The notes: generated by a model not told the origin, from the letters alone. A stretch of DNA of 60,674 nucleotides, filler included, from Sanchytrium tribonematis (GCA_018985235.1; 4 parts of 4 records of this genome joined end to end with filler, not necessarily neighbours in it); one strand, 5' to 3'. Counted from the whole stretch's first letter, positions 40,898-52,200 are shown. Numbers and translations are program-made.

Positions 40898-41859
40898 TTT
40901 ATTGATTTAATGGACTGAATCCATGGATGCTGTAATGCATTTGACGATGTCAGTCTATATTTAAAGTCTAATTTTGTCATTTTCATGATAAAATCAAGAA
41001 ATATGCTATATTTGTTGTAATCTTGTAAATATTTCCCAATATATTGTAAATGCTTAGCATCAAAATACTGTAAATAATCCAACATGACTCCATCCATCTC
41101 CAAATGACCATTTTTATTATGTTTTATCCAAATTAATATTAATTTGCCAAGGGTGGCTCCCAATTCATAAATATCTGCGTTAGATGGATGTAATATTGGA
41201 TGATCCCTCATTTGATACCCATTTTCATGATATTCAAGCATTTCCAATGGCATATATTTCACAGTACCCCGATTTCCAATCTTTTGATCCGTATTGGCTA
41301 TATATTCAAGATCAATTAATATGAATTTAGATGGTATATGATTGATATCATATGACTCAATGACGATATTACTTGGTTTAACTTCTAAATGAGCCAGTCT
41401 ATTCACTGTTAAATAATAAAGGGCATTTAACATTTGAAACGCAACTCTTTCTATAAATCGCATATAATTATGAATAATTAGTACTTTGATGTTGCTATAA
41501 GCATATTCTAATATATTAAAATGGTATAATGGCATATTAAATTGATAACATTGGTAATATAATTGGAGATTTGTTTCACTCATTTTAAATATTTGTTGAG
41601 TGATTAATGGATGGATACCATGAATTATATTAGGGTGATTTAGTGTGGTTGTATAAGTTAGTTCATTATGTGCCATTTCCATGTACATTGAAGTATCAAA
41701 ATAAAATTGATTTTGAGGATGTAGAGCAATGCATGTCTTTTTAATAACTTGTTTGGCATCTTTATTGTATTCTAGTATCGTGATTTTGGATTGTTTGGAG
41801 GTTATGGATGACTGGAATGGCATCCAATTTGCAAAAAGGAATAATGATAGAAAATGCAT
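40777..41859 (-). CDS. Divergent protein kinase or pseudokinase with a hydrophobic leader
   Basis: HPNII, AHLEVKPSNI (HRD replaced by HLE), LIDLE (DFG replaced by DLE), GTVKYMPLE, ADIYELG and RLTS..ALQHPW. Confidence 0.8.
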   Translation of the reverse strand: MHFLSLFLFANWMPFQSSITSKQSKITILEYNKDAKQVIKKTCIALHPQNQFYFDTSMYMEMAHNELTYTTTLNHPNIIHGIHPLITQQIFKMSETNLQLYYQCYQFNMPLYHFNILEYAYSNIKVLIIHNYMRFIERVAFQMLNALYYLTVNRLAHLEVKPSNIVIESYDINHIPSKFILIDLEYIANTDQKIGNRGTVKYMPLEMLEYHENGYQMRDHPILHPSNADIYELGATLGKLILIWIKHNKNGHLEMDGVMLDYLQYFDAKHLQYIGKYLQDYNKYSIFLDFIMKMTKLDFKYRLTSSNALQHPWIQSIKSINHFIFSKQFIFEIIVSKTVSTNVCKSIPMVEIRILGHPNV

Positions 41860-42009
41860 CGCGGGGATTCTCCTTTGTACAACGACAACAAATTATGTGA
41901 CTTATAGTGTCAATCTATAATCATATGTTAAACATTCAAGTTAATGGCATCATGATGGCACCATATGGATGTGTTTGTTGTATTTAAAACTTTTTGATAG
42001 CCCCCTTGA

Positions 42010-43674
42010 ATGTATTTTCTGATCCTCATCTGTATAGCAGAAGAATTGCAAGCTATTCATAAGAGTATTATTAAAAATGATTTGGATGCATTTAAATCAC
42101 TGGTGTCTCCGGAAACTATCAATTTAATGACGCCTATTGAGGCATTCATTCGGAAGCCAAAACGACAAAGATTATATCACTTCAATGGGGCTACGCCATT
42201 ACACATAGCAGTGAAATATATGAGAATAGCTTGTATTTATTATTTATTGCTAAATGGTGCTGAATTGTTGCAAAATGGAAATGGGGAATATCCAAAAGAT
42301 CTTGTCCCCGCAAATGATAAAAATTATGATTTCTTAAAAGAATGGCTAGGAGGTGACATTGTAAATGTTAGATTAAGAGGATTGGCAGCCTTGAGTGGTA
42401 GTAATTCGAATTATTGCTTGAATTTATTGATCGAGCAATCCAATTACAAAGAAGCTCAATTTCTATTTGAGAATGGATATAATCCATACGCATCCGTAAA
42501 TCAAGGCGTAACAGCAGAAGATGCGTGGATTATGATATCTCAGACTGATGATGAGAAATGGCTTCAAATTTACAGCAAATATGGATATTTGTCAAATTGC
42601 ATTTTGAATGCATGGAAGTGCAATGTAAAAAAAGTGATTGCAAATTACATCAAATATAAGTTGGATTTTACTGTGTTATACAAAGGATCTTCTGTTTATC
42701 ACTCTATTTTTCAACAAAGTGAAATTTCTGCAAATGTGTTGTTAGATTTAATTTGGGGCCATGCTGATCATAAACTGATCAAACTTGAATATCAAAATGG
42801 CAATATATTGCATTTAGCAGCAGTGAAATCAGAATATCATGTTTCTCTAGAATGGTTTCAAAAAATATTAATATTTTGCCAAGCTCTGGATGAAATTAAT
42901 GCGGATGGTGATACTCCCGTATTTCAACTGATTCACCATATGAGATGGGATGTACTGAAATATATTACTGGTAAATATCCATTTGATCTCAATTTAAAAT
43001 GCCACGACATACATTATTTGCAAAAAATGGCCATGCTTAATGTTTACTGGGAATTCTTTCAATATTTTACAAGTCACACACACGGTATTATACTAGATAG
43101 TGATACAATCAATGAATTGACTGATTACGCCCAATTCCAAATGCTGCATTATTATTTGATAAATGCTCAAAAACAAGGGCATTCTGTTGATAAAAATGGA
43201 AATATTAAAAATAAGATTGCCGCACAATGGATATCGCAATATTTAAATGGCAATACAATTCAAATCTATGCTGTAGATGGTAAAGGAAATACAGTTTTAC
43301 ATCGTTGCGCTACCAACAATAATATCAATTGCTTGGAATACTTTTATTCAATTGGATTTGATTTATTTCAATTAAATCATCAAAGCGCGAGTGTACTTTA
43401 TATTGCAGTAGAGAATCAATCCTTTGAATTTGTGAGTCAATTAATTATCTATTTAAAAAGAGAAATTAAAAAATTTATTTCCAGTGTAAAAGATTGTAAT
43501 CAGGGAATGATGATGGAAATTCCAAGGATTCGGTATGATATTCATAGAACATTATTACAATTTGATGGAAAATGGAGTGTCATGGAGATTCGCACGGGAG
43601 AGGGCATCAAAGCACTTTTAATTCAATTGGAAGCTGAATTAAAATATGAATATGGGATTTGTGAGGGAAAATAA
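42010..43674 (+). CDS. Ankyrin-repeat protein with a short hydrophobic leader
   Basis: GATPLHIAV, GNILHLAA, GDTPV, GNTVLHRCA and SVLYIAV. N-terminus MYFLILICIA. Confidence 0.8.
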   Translation: MYFLILICIAEELQAIHKSIIKNDLDAFKSLVSPETINLMTPIEAFIRKPKRQRLYHFNGATPLHIAVKYMRIACIYYLLLNGAELLQNGNGEYPKDLVPANDKNYDFLKEWLGGDIVNVRLRGLAALSGSNSNYCLNLLIEQSNYKEAQFLFENGYNPYASVNQGVTAEDAWIMISQTDDEKWLQIYSKYGYLSNCILNAWKCNVKKVIANYIKYKLDFTVLYKGSSVYHSIFQQSEISANVLLDLIWGHADHKLIKLEYQNGNILHLAAVKSEYHVSLEWFQKILIFCQALDEINADGDTPVFQLIHHMRWDVLKYITGKYPFDLNLKCHDIHYLQKMAMLNVYWEFFQYFTSHTHGIILDSDTINELTDYAQFQMLHYYLINAQKQGHSVDKNGNIKNKIAAQWISQYLNGNTIQIYAVDGKGNTVLHRCATNNNINCLEYFYSIGFDLFQLNHQSASVLYIAVENQSFEFVSQLIIYLKREIKKFISSVKDCNQGMMMEIPRIRYDIHRTLLQFDGKWSVMEIRTGEGIKALLIQLEAELKYEYGICEGK

Positions 43675-43702
43675 ATAGAGATTTAAAGTAAGATAAAATT
43701 TA

Positions 43703-44098
43703 TTACTTATATAACGCTCTTCCGCATATCGCAACAAATTCATTCAAGGCATCCGAATTTTCCGGATTAGTACATTCCGCTAGAGTCAGTGACATTTCTA
43801 TGATTTTTTTGAGGCTTTGAAATACATTAATTGTCCATGAAAGTCGATTTTGGCCATTCAATTTCATAATAATATTGCCTTTTCCAATCTTATATTCATT
43901 TGCGACTGATTGAATTATTTGTTCTTTACTCATAGGTCCATTGGTAGTCATAAAATTTGAGTCTTTGTTGGGATCTATTACGGAATATTTCCATTCTTGA
44001 CTAGTTATTTCAAAAGCAAAAGTTACATCTAATTCGAAAGCACCTTGAAAAACTATTACTAACTCTGTAACAGCAAACAAAAAATTAAACAGCAACAT
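43703..44098 (-). CDS. Small putative secreted protein (likely start MLLFNFLFA)
   Basis: An internal ATG of the 208-aa ORF is followed by a hydrophobic leader like its neighbours. Confidence 0.55.
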   Translation of the reverse strand: MLLFNFLFAVTELVIVFQGAFELDVTFAFEITSQEWKYSVIDPNKDSNFMTTNGPMSKEQIIQSVANEYKIGKGNIIMKLNGQNRLSWTINVFQSLKKIIEMSLTLAECTNPENSDALNEFVAICGRALYK

Positions 44099-44400
44099 AC
44101 AAAAAGATGAGTGTATCCCTCTTGTGATATTTAAATCCCCCAAGGGAGTCAATTTGGCCAATGATCGTCTTTGTAATACTCCTCTTTGCGACACAGAAAC
44201 TTGTGGAACAATGCTGCAGTGATATGGGTCAAATAAATGCCCATACAGAGTGATTTTAACATTATCACATGGGGTAACTTTGAAGAAGAAAAAGAAGTTA
44301 TTAACATACTGAAGCAGTAAATTGTGCATCCAATCTCTCTAAAAAATCAAACTTCCTCGATAGTGGAAGATATTTCTCTGTCCAGAAAATAAATAGAGAT

Positions 44401-45531
44401 TTACTTTTTATGGTTTCTGGAAATGGTACCTGCCCTATTTAAGAACCTCGATTTCTCTTTCTTTTCTTCTTCTATGGATTCATTGCTGCCAATCTCCATG
44501 GACTCTAATTTTGGAATAATAATTTCTTCATTTTTAGACAATTTATAATTGGCGGGTGGCTCTTCAAAAGAGGGTGCTTTACCAAATGGCTTTAATATGT
44601 CTAAATGAATGTCATTTTACCTTCTAATGTCTTTTTATTCTTTTCATAATCTTCATCTTCATCGTCTAACAAATCAATTAAAGATTCATCGTCACCTGTG
44701 AAGACGTGTACTTTGATTTTAGGATCTTTTATGAGTAATTTCACGATATCTATTTGTGCATTGGCTGCTGCAGAGTGTAGAGGCGTCCAACATTCGAAAT
44801 CTCTTGCATTCAAATCTGCCCCTTTTTTGATCAAATATTTTACAATTTCAGCATGTCCTTCTGCACACGCGATGTGTAATGGTGTTTGCTCTTTCCCTAG
44901 GTCATTATAATTCACGGGTATATTTTGATGTTCGATTAATTGTTTAACCAGCTCAAAATCACCTTCTCTGCAGGCTTCTAATAAAACAGCTTCATAATGG
45001 AATTTAACAGTCTTTTTTATTGGTGATTTCTTTGATGATATGGCGGATTTTCTTTTTTGTTGGGTAGTCATGTTTATTTGCGTGTTACTTGGTTGTTTTC
45101 TTAAAGTGCCATAATTTGGCATGGGTGGGTTACTTGAGCTTCTAGAACGCGTCCTTATTTCTGCTACTAACTCATCTGTGCTTAGATCTTTTATTTTATC
45201 AGTATTTGGGATTATAGATGGATCTGTGAATAATTTGGAAGTATCTGCATCTGCGCAGCAATCTATTGCCGTGTACTTTTTCTGGTTCTTTTTAGTAGGT
45301 GATGCTCCTAATTCTAATAATTTACGTACTATTGGGGTCATTCCATGGAAACTAGCGAGATGTAATGTCGTATTTCCATTTCCCCACATCATACCCAAAA
45401 ATGCCAATAATACCATTTTAGAGCCCAATTTAATACTTTCCTTCTCTACATAACTCAGTATATCCATGGCCATGTCCTCATCCATTAAAAATAACGCGAT
45501 TTGTATCGCATTTAAATTATTCACACTTGGA
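44401..45531 (-). CDS. Ankyrin-repeat protein with an RVxF-like motif (PP1-regulatory, MYPT/PPP1R16-like); 5' truncated; exons ..45531-44621 and 44600-44401
   Basis: KTVKF...VLLEACREGD followed by TPLHIAC and WTPLHSAA ankyrins. Splicing extends the frame about 66 codons to TAA at 44401. Confidence 0.78.
44601..44620 (-). other. 20-nt intron GTAAAATGACATTCATTTAG (phase 1)
   Basis: Matches the intron consensus (T-8, A-6) and opens a long downstream frame. No homology support for the last exon. Confidence 0.7.
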
Positions 45532-45631
45532 NNNNNNNNNNNNNNNNNNNNNNNNNNNNNNNNNNNNNNNNNNNNTTAATTAATTAANNNNNNNNNNNNN
45601 NNNNNNNNNNNNNNNNNNNNNNNNNNNNNNN
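45532..45631. other. Artificial contig spacer
   Basis: N44-TTAATTAATTAA-N44. Confidence 0.97.
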
Positions 45632-46350
45632 ATGCAAATAACACAATCATCTAATTCTCCTTCACCATTTTCTACACCATAAATGTCATTCATGTATATC
45701 CAGATTCCATCAAAATTGACTTTTTGATAAACATTATTGAAGGAACCATCTATTAAATTGACATTAAAGAGTGACATCTGAGAATTTGCATGGAAGGGGG
45801 CCTTGTCTTCATCTATACTTGCCAATATATGAACGTATATGGCATCTGACTTATCAAGATTAGAGATATCAACTTTGCAATCAAATTGTTTCTCAATATT
45901 TTGACTTGTTATGATAAAAGTTGAATTGTTACATTTTGGACTAATCTTTTGCGAGTCTTTTATAATTAAATTAGAAATTATAACTGTTATGTGTATGGAA
46001 TCATAATTTGATAATATTTCTGCATTAATTTCTACTTGATTTTGGTTTTTTATAAGTTTAAATTTATTATTTAAACAGAGATCTACATTTAATTGAACAA
46101 TTCCAGTTGAATAGACATCATGATTAGATAATTTCTCTTGAATAAAGTCGAGATAAATTGATTCATCTTTGTTGGCCAAAATACATTCCTCTGCCAAATA
46201 ATTCGTAAATTTTATATTTCTTGATTTATCTACAGCTGGGACATGTGTAACTGGTCCAAAATACAAAGAATTTTCTTTGGCCTCTTCCATGAATATATCT
46301 AACGGTAATATTGGATCAATCTGTTGATTTTTGGAGTAAAAATTTCCCAT
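45632..46350 (-). CDS. MGRN1/RNF157/LOG2-like RING E3 ligase, truncated at the start of the RING
   Basis: MGN myristoylation-type start, YFGP, QKV..DG...M.DIYG.E and D.CVIC at the contig edge. Confidence 0.75.
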
Positions 46351-46489
46351 TACGATATAATGTTTGATATTCTAGGTCAAAATTTTAATTAAAATTTTCG
46401 GGTACATTATTCAAGGCATTACAATTTCAAAATTAAAATCAAATGGTTTTGATTTTGTTCAAATAAATTTGTTATAAAACGAGGGTTAA

Positions 46490-47869
46490 ATGTTCAGCAC
46501 AACGAAGCTTACCTCGAAAGCAGTAACTGCAGCTTACATCCCGGGAGTCAAAGGATTTGCACCAGGATATCCTAAAATTGGTCCGTATAGATCTGCTGAT
46601 TTAACAAATATTGAGCGTAAGCTTCCTAGTCCACCTAAAATAAAAGAAGTGAATTTGAGTAGTCCTATTAAATTGGTCCGATATAACGAAGAATTGAAAG
46701 CTTTAAGATATAAATATCTGGAGGAAACTTTCAATTTGAACAAACCTAGCCAAAAAGAATTAAAGATAGAAAATGTAGATGGTTTGGCGGGACCAAGACG
46801 ATTAAGAAAGCAAATTTTGCTGCAATATCCAGAAGAGCAAATGTCTATTCCGAAAAGAAATGCTTTGGCCATACATAAATTATTTGAAGAACGTATTAAA
46901 GTTTTGCAAAGTGAGCGGAATTTGCTGCTTCTACGATATAAAGAAATTGATGAGAACGGAAATTTTTTATTAAGCAAGAAAAATGAAGCAAAGATACTGG
47001 ATTTTTTAAAAGTACAAATTGGAACTGCTCCCGAACTTCTCAAACATCACTTAGGTCTGTCATATGATCTGAATGAACTTCTATATAACGACGTTCTTAC
47101 ACCAAGATGGGATCACTTAACTAGCAAAAAAACAATCCAAAAAGAGAATATGCTTGAGGAAGACAGCAAAAAGCTTGAAAATTTACTGGAATTATTTCAT
47201 TCATCAGCGAGCTTTGTATGTCCATCAAATGTTGAAGATGTTTGCAGCGAGTTTGTAAAAAATGTAGAATTGAAAATCGATTCTACACCTAATTTTCAAA
47301 CGCAAGTTCCAAACAAGCTAATGGAAGAGCTTTTTGATCGAGTCATAGAAGATGGTGTGGTACCGGACAATGTGGATAACCATGTTGGAGGACAAGATAA
47401 TCCTTCGATCAAGTTTCGGTCACAGAAAATGAAAGAAAGAGCTCAGAATCTTTTCAAAGAAGAGACTTTGCAAACGGGAAAAAATTTGGCCTCCATTTCG
47501 GCATTCACACCGGATACTTCAAACCCGTCAACTTTCCGTCAGGATAATTTAGAAATCCCAAATGTTTCTTCCTCTGCATCTTCGGTTCCTTTACATAGAC
47601 AAAGACACCCCCGTGCTGAAAAGTATGCTTATAATGAAGAAGATGTAATGAATAGAAGATTAGCGGCCTCAAGTGACATCCCCTCAACAAAAGAAGATCA
47701 TAATTTTACTGAGCTTAAATATGCAGATATAAATTTGTTAAAAAGAGAGAGAGAGAATGAGCTAATTGATTCATACCGAGGTACTGTTAATGGGAAATTT
47801 GGAGTCGAACAAGTTTTGGTTATGATGAGCGAAATTGAAAAAAATGATCTACTTACAATAAAAAAATAA
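46490..47869 (+). CDS. Probable mitochondrial protein of unknown family (possibly a mitoribosomal protein)
   Basis: 459-aa ORF with a transit-peptide-like N-terminus (Ser/Thr/Lys-rich, no acidic residues). Confidence 0.65.
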   Translation: MFSTTKLTSKAVTAAYIPGVKGFAPGYPKIGPYRSADLTNIERKLPSPPKIKEVNLSSPIKLVRYNEELKALRYKYLEETFNLNKPSQKELKIENVDGLAGPRRLRKQILLQYPEEQMSIPKRNALAIHKLFEERIKVLQSERNLLLLRYKEIDENGNFLLSKKNEAKILDFLKVQIGTAPELLKHHLGLSYDLNELLYNDVLTPRWDHLTSKKTIQKENMLEEDSKKLENLLELFHSSASFVCPSNVEDVCSEFVKNVELKIDSTPNFQTQVPNKLMEELFDRVIEDGVVPDNVDNHVGGQDNPSIKFRSQKMKERAQNLFKEETLQTGKNLASISAFTPDTSNPSTFRQDNLEIPNVSSSASSVPLHRQRHPRAEKYAYNEEDVMNRRLAASSDIPSTKEDHNFTELKYADINLLKRERENELIDSYRGTVNGKFGVEQVLVMMSEIEKNDLLTIKK

Positions 47870-47897
47870 ATTGTCCCTTAAAACTTTTAAAAGAAGG

Positions 47898-48146
47898 ATG
47901 CTCTCTCGAATTTTATTTCAATGGAACCCTCCTAAAAAAATTACTAGGCAAAGAATGATTGAACTACGTGCAAAAAATGCAAATGGAACCACCATTGAGG
48001 AATTGCAAAAAATTTACAAGATCTCTGTCAATTCAATTAACAGAATTTTAAAATCAAAATACCAGCCCGATGAAGCTGTGAGATTAAGACAGGAGAAAGC
48101 GAGAAAATTATCGAAAATAACGCATTTTAAAAATGTCACGAAATAA
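47898..48146 (+). CDS. RRG9: Neugrin/Rrg9-like mitochondrial protein, minimal size
   Basis: WNPPKKIT...M..LR....T..EL...YKIS..SINRILKSKYQP. Confidence 0.75.
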   Translation: MLSRILFQWNPPKKITRQRMIELRAKNANGTTIEELQKIYKISVNSINRILKSKYQPDEAVRLRQEKARKLSKITHFKNVTK

Positions 48147-48154
48147 TACAGTAT

Positions 48155-48562
48155 TTATTCCTTGTCGCTTTCAATGTTCAAGGACTTAGCTAATTTTTTC
48201 AGCCTATTCAGTAAATATCCGTCGACTCGTTTTGAAGCTAACAAAAATCCAGGCCTCACACCAATAATTACTATTTTTCCTTCATCATTCTCAATTATTA
48301 TCTCTTGAATGTTCGATCTTTGATGAAAATTTCTGTTAGGTGAGCAGGTTGGAATTTTGATAGAAGATGCCTCAAGCTGTGTGGTATCAATTGTTGGAAA
48401 TTGCAAATATAAGCTCCAAATATGACTTACGAGAGAAGCAAATTTAGCGGGCATCTCTACACCAGAGCTGCATATCAACTCCCCTTCTAAGTTACACATA
48501 ATTGAGCTTGTTATATCGTTATTTTCGAATAGCGATTGCGTTTCTTTGACTTTAAGAAACAT
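48155..48562 (-). CDS. LAMTOR2: Ragulator subunit LAMTOR2-like roadblock protein
   Basis: MFLKVK..., IMCNLEGELICSSG, ASLVSHIWSLY and IIIENDEGKIVI align with LAMTOR2, which places the start at the ATG at 48562. Confidence 0.72.
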   Translation of the reverse strand: MFLKVKETQSLFENNDITSSIMCNLEGELICSSGVEMPAKFASLVSHIWSLYLQFPTIDTTQLEASSIKIPTCSPNRNFHQRSNIQEIIIENDEGKIVIIGVRPGFLLASKRVDGYLLNRLKKLAKSLNIESDKE

Positions 48563-49151
48563 GGAGGGAACTAACCTAAATTTGGATGTTTTGACTGTGA
48601 TAGCATCATACTCATTTCCTGTGGCCTCTGCTCTCAAATATTGGAAATCATGTACAAAATTGAGAGAAGTACATCCAGTCATATTGATCTTGAGGAATCA
48701 GGATTCTAAATTTCAAATTCAATACACTAATTACAAATGGGAATGCAAGAGAAATGGCGATCATACTTGGCTCCAATTTCAAGATTTGAACCACTTTAAG
48801 AAATATGTTAAGATAAAATTAGTCGAAGTTTTTGGATATTCCAGCCTTGGCATTGATGTTGTTTTTCCCGAGTTACGGTTATCAATTCAACCTCTTGTCT
48901 ATCCGCCCTCTGATTTTGTTGATTTTTACTGCACCATAGACTGCCCTAGGCTATATAATATAGAATTTTTAATGAAGAAATTTCGTTTTGTGGATAGAAG
49001 GATTCAAGCAGAAAATGGTGTGACTATTCGATTTACGGATGTTGGTGAAGCTGTGGTAATTCTAAAAGTTCTTGCTGAGCATTATGTGATAATACAAGAG
49101 ATATCAGAATATTATTTGGAAAACATTATATTTGGCAATCTCAATTTATAA
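48561..49151 (+). CDS. Hypothetical protein with an F-box-like N-terminus
   Basis: 196-codon ORF. LNLDVLTVIASY resembles an F-box helix. Confidence 0.55.
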   Translation: MEGTNLNLDVLTVIASYSFPVASALKYWKSCTKLREVHPVILILRNQDSKFQIQYTNYKWECKRNGDHTWLQFQDLNHFKKYVKIKLVEVFGYSSLGIDVVFPELRLSIQPLVYPPSDFVDFYCTIDCPRLYNIEFLMKKFRFVDRRIQAENGVTIRFTDVGEAVVILKVLAEHYVIIQEISEYYLENIIFGNLNL

Positions 49152-49206
49152 TGCAATTTATAACTTATCATATAGAATTAATTTCTCCGAGTTTCAATAA
49201 AATATT

Positions 49207-52200
49207 ATGTCTCATTTGCTGCTATTACATCACTTAGAAATTTTATATACGGAGCTTAGAAAAACTGACAAGACTATTATATACCATCCTATCCGACAAA
49301 ATGAACTTAATTTTATGTTTTCAACAATTAAAAAGTGGTATCAAAGCCAGCACTCTTATCCAGATCCATTTTGTTTGGATCAGTTGAATTCAACATTTGA
49401 TATACACCAAAAACAAAAGAAAAACATGTCCTTGTTAGCAATGACACATCCAAGATCTTTTCATGTCTACACTTCGAACAATTCCACAGAATCTCCGGAA
49501 ATACCGCAGGTAGATCCTATAGATACATGCATCGGAATGTTGAGATATTTAAACTACGAAAAATACAATACGTTATCAGCACATCATGTTTTAATGCCAT
49601 TTATTCAAGCTATTGTTGGTAACTCCAAGGTTTGTTTGATATCTCTAAGAGCTATTCATGAATTGTTGCCAAAATTAATTGAATTAGATGAATTCGAATA
49701 CTGTGTCAAAATCATTTCTAGAAATTTAACAAAACTTGTACCGAAAGGCAATGAAGATGTTTTGGGGATATTGCAACTATTATTAGATATCTTCAAATTA
49801 CTTCTTGATTTCAATATGGACTCAGAGCAGTACACCTGGTGGATATCTACCTTACTCGGATATATAGTGGGGAAGTTACCAGATGGCTTGAAATTTCAAG
49901 CTGAACAATGTATTCTAGATTTGGTTGATCGATCTTGGAATGATCCTGCTTCAATTTCTAACATACTTCGAATGCTATTAAGTCCTATTTTACCTAAAGC
50001 ACCCTTTCAAGTTTGTTTTTCTCAAAATTCCAAGTTAAAGACATTATATTTGGACTACCAACAATACAAAGAAGCCATTGAAAATCATTTAATGTCACCT
50101 GTCATTATAAGTGGTGAGCCCTTGGGTTTTGAATCTGAAGGGCTCCAAAACTATGTAATGAGGCTGCTTGAGAAGCTCAACATCACCTTTTATATTAAAA
50201 ATCCTTTAGTCTCTTTAGAATACTCTGAGGCTTGGCAAAAATCATTAAAGCAAGAAGAATTTGTGGAAGTTTGCTTAAGAGTCAATGGACTTAGGTCTGT
50301 ATTCAGGCTCTTATATCACCCTACAACTTCTTTTCCAATTCGTTTTCAAGCATTTAAGACTTTATCATTTATAATCTTAAATAATTATAAAAACCCGAAT
50401 TACAAGACTGAAATATACGTTTTTTTTAGCTTCTTGATTGACGCAATTGGTCTCTTAGGACCAAACCCTGCTACTCTCACCCACCCTCGTGTGTCACAAT
50501 CAAAATTCAAGCCAAAGCAAGTTCCGTCTTATTTACCAAACTCTAACATGTCTAGTTCTTTATCCACTTTCTTTTCTCCCTTCACTACATATAGTCAACC
50601 TATTGAAGACGAAGAAGAAGCTAAACATATGCTTTTCCCATCCACGATGCCCAGAACATACCCTTTATGGGTTTCCATGCAAGCTGTGGAAAGTGGCGAC
50701 ACCGTCAGGACTTGGTCGTACACTAATATATTTTTGCATTGGTTTGACATTATAAATGAGCAAGAAAATAAGTTAAATACACTCAACGATGCTCGTTCAA
50801 GAGCTGGAAAAGTTGAAGTATCATTAAAAAGTTTTTCTAAGCCCGCGGAAATACCCAACTCTTTGTACAAAAGAATGTGGCATTCCCATGGAATTTTTCA
50901 CAGGTGCTTTAAGCAGAGCCATTATTTTGGACCTTTCACTTACTTTGGTAGTGGTGTTGTTCATCTTCCTGATAAATTAGAATCAAACCGCCTAGAATTT
51001 TTCGATAGCAATGGTCCGTTCCCAGCAGCCAGCTTTTTGAAAAGTTTTATTATATCGACAATTAAAGACCAACCTAAATCTCAAGAGGCAAATATTGCAT
51101 TAAGTGATGGAAAATATCAATATTTCAAAGACCCTTTGACAGAAAAGACATATGATGATCGCATAGCAGTATCAAACGAGGTTGTAGAATGGCGTAATGC
51201 TATAATGGAAACTATTGAGACAATTTTTGTCGACTCAGAACTAATATTGGCAGTCCTGAGTAATTTCGACTACAATGGAAACGACAACCTGTTCCAAAGA
51301 TTTTTAGTTGCTGTTAGCAAATTTTGCGTACCAGATTATATGTCAGTTTGTTCTAGATCGTTTTGCGCCGTGGCACTAAGCAGTATTTTTAGACTTTTAA
51401 AGCAGTTCACTACATTAATTGACCCTGCAGAGGCATATGACGAAAGCTTATCAAAGCAACTATACAGGAAGCAAATTGTCAAAACTTGTAGCAAGGTTTT
51501 TGACAGAGACATTAAAAAAGGACTTGAATTGTTTCAAGCTTATGGGTTTCTACCTGAAAACTTGATTGAAAATTCAAGTGAAACAGCTATTTTTTTAAAA
51601 TCTTGTAAAAATTTGAGCAAATCGAAGTTAGGGGAATTTCTTGGGAAGCCGCAAAATTTGCCAATATTGAAGGAATTCGTGAACACTTTTGATTTCTCTC
51701 ACGACCGTGTTGACGAAGCTCTGAGAGACTTTCTAACATCTTTTAGACTACCAGGAGAAAGCCAACAAATAGAGAGAATACTAGAATGCTTTGCTGCAAG
51801 ATATTTTGGAACAAAGCCAAAATTTATTGCAAATCAAGATGCCGTATTAATATTGGCATATAGCATTGTCATGTTGAACACTGACTCACATAGTCCACAA
51901 ATCAAGCAAAAGATGACTTTATCTGGATTTCAAAATAATCTCAGAGGAACGAATAATAATGAGAATTTCGATCCTGAATTTTTAAAATCAATCTATGAAG
52001 CCATTAAAATGAATGAGATTATTATGCCTGGTGAAAAAGATAACGATCAAACATATTTTCTCTTTTGGGATGAGGTGCAGCAAGACACTTCTCGCTTCGA
52101 GCAGTCGAAAAACAAATCCAACTTAATCCAGTCATTTTTTAGAGACAATTGGGGACTTTGGCTTTCTGTATTTGTTAATGGTTTTTATTTCTAATTTAGT

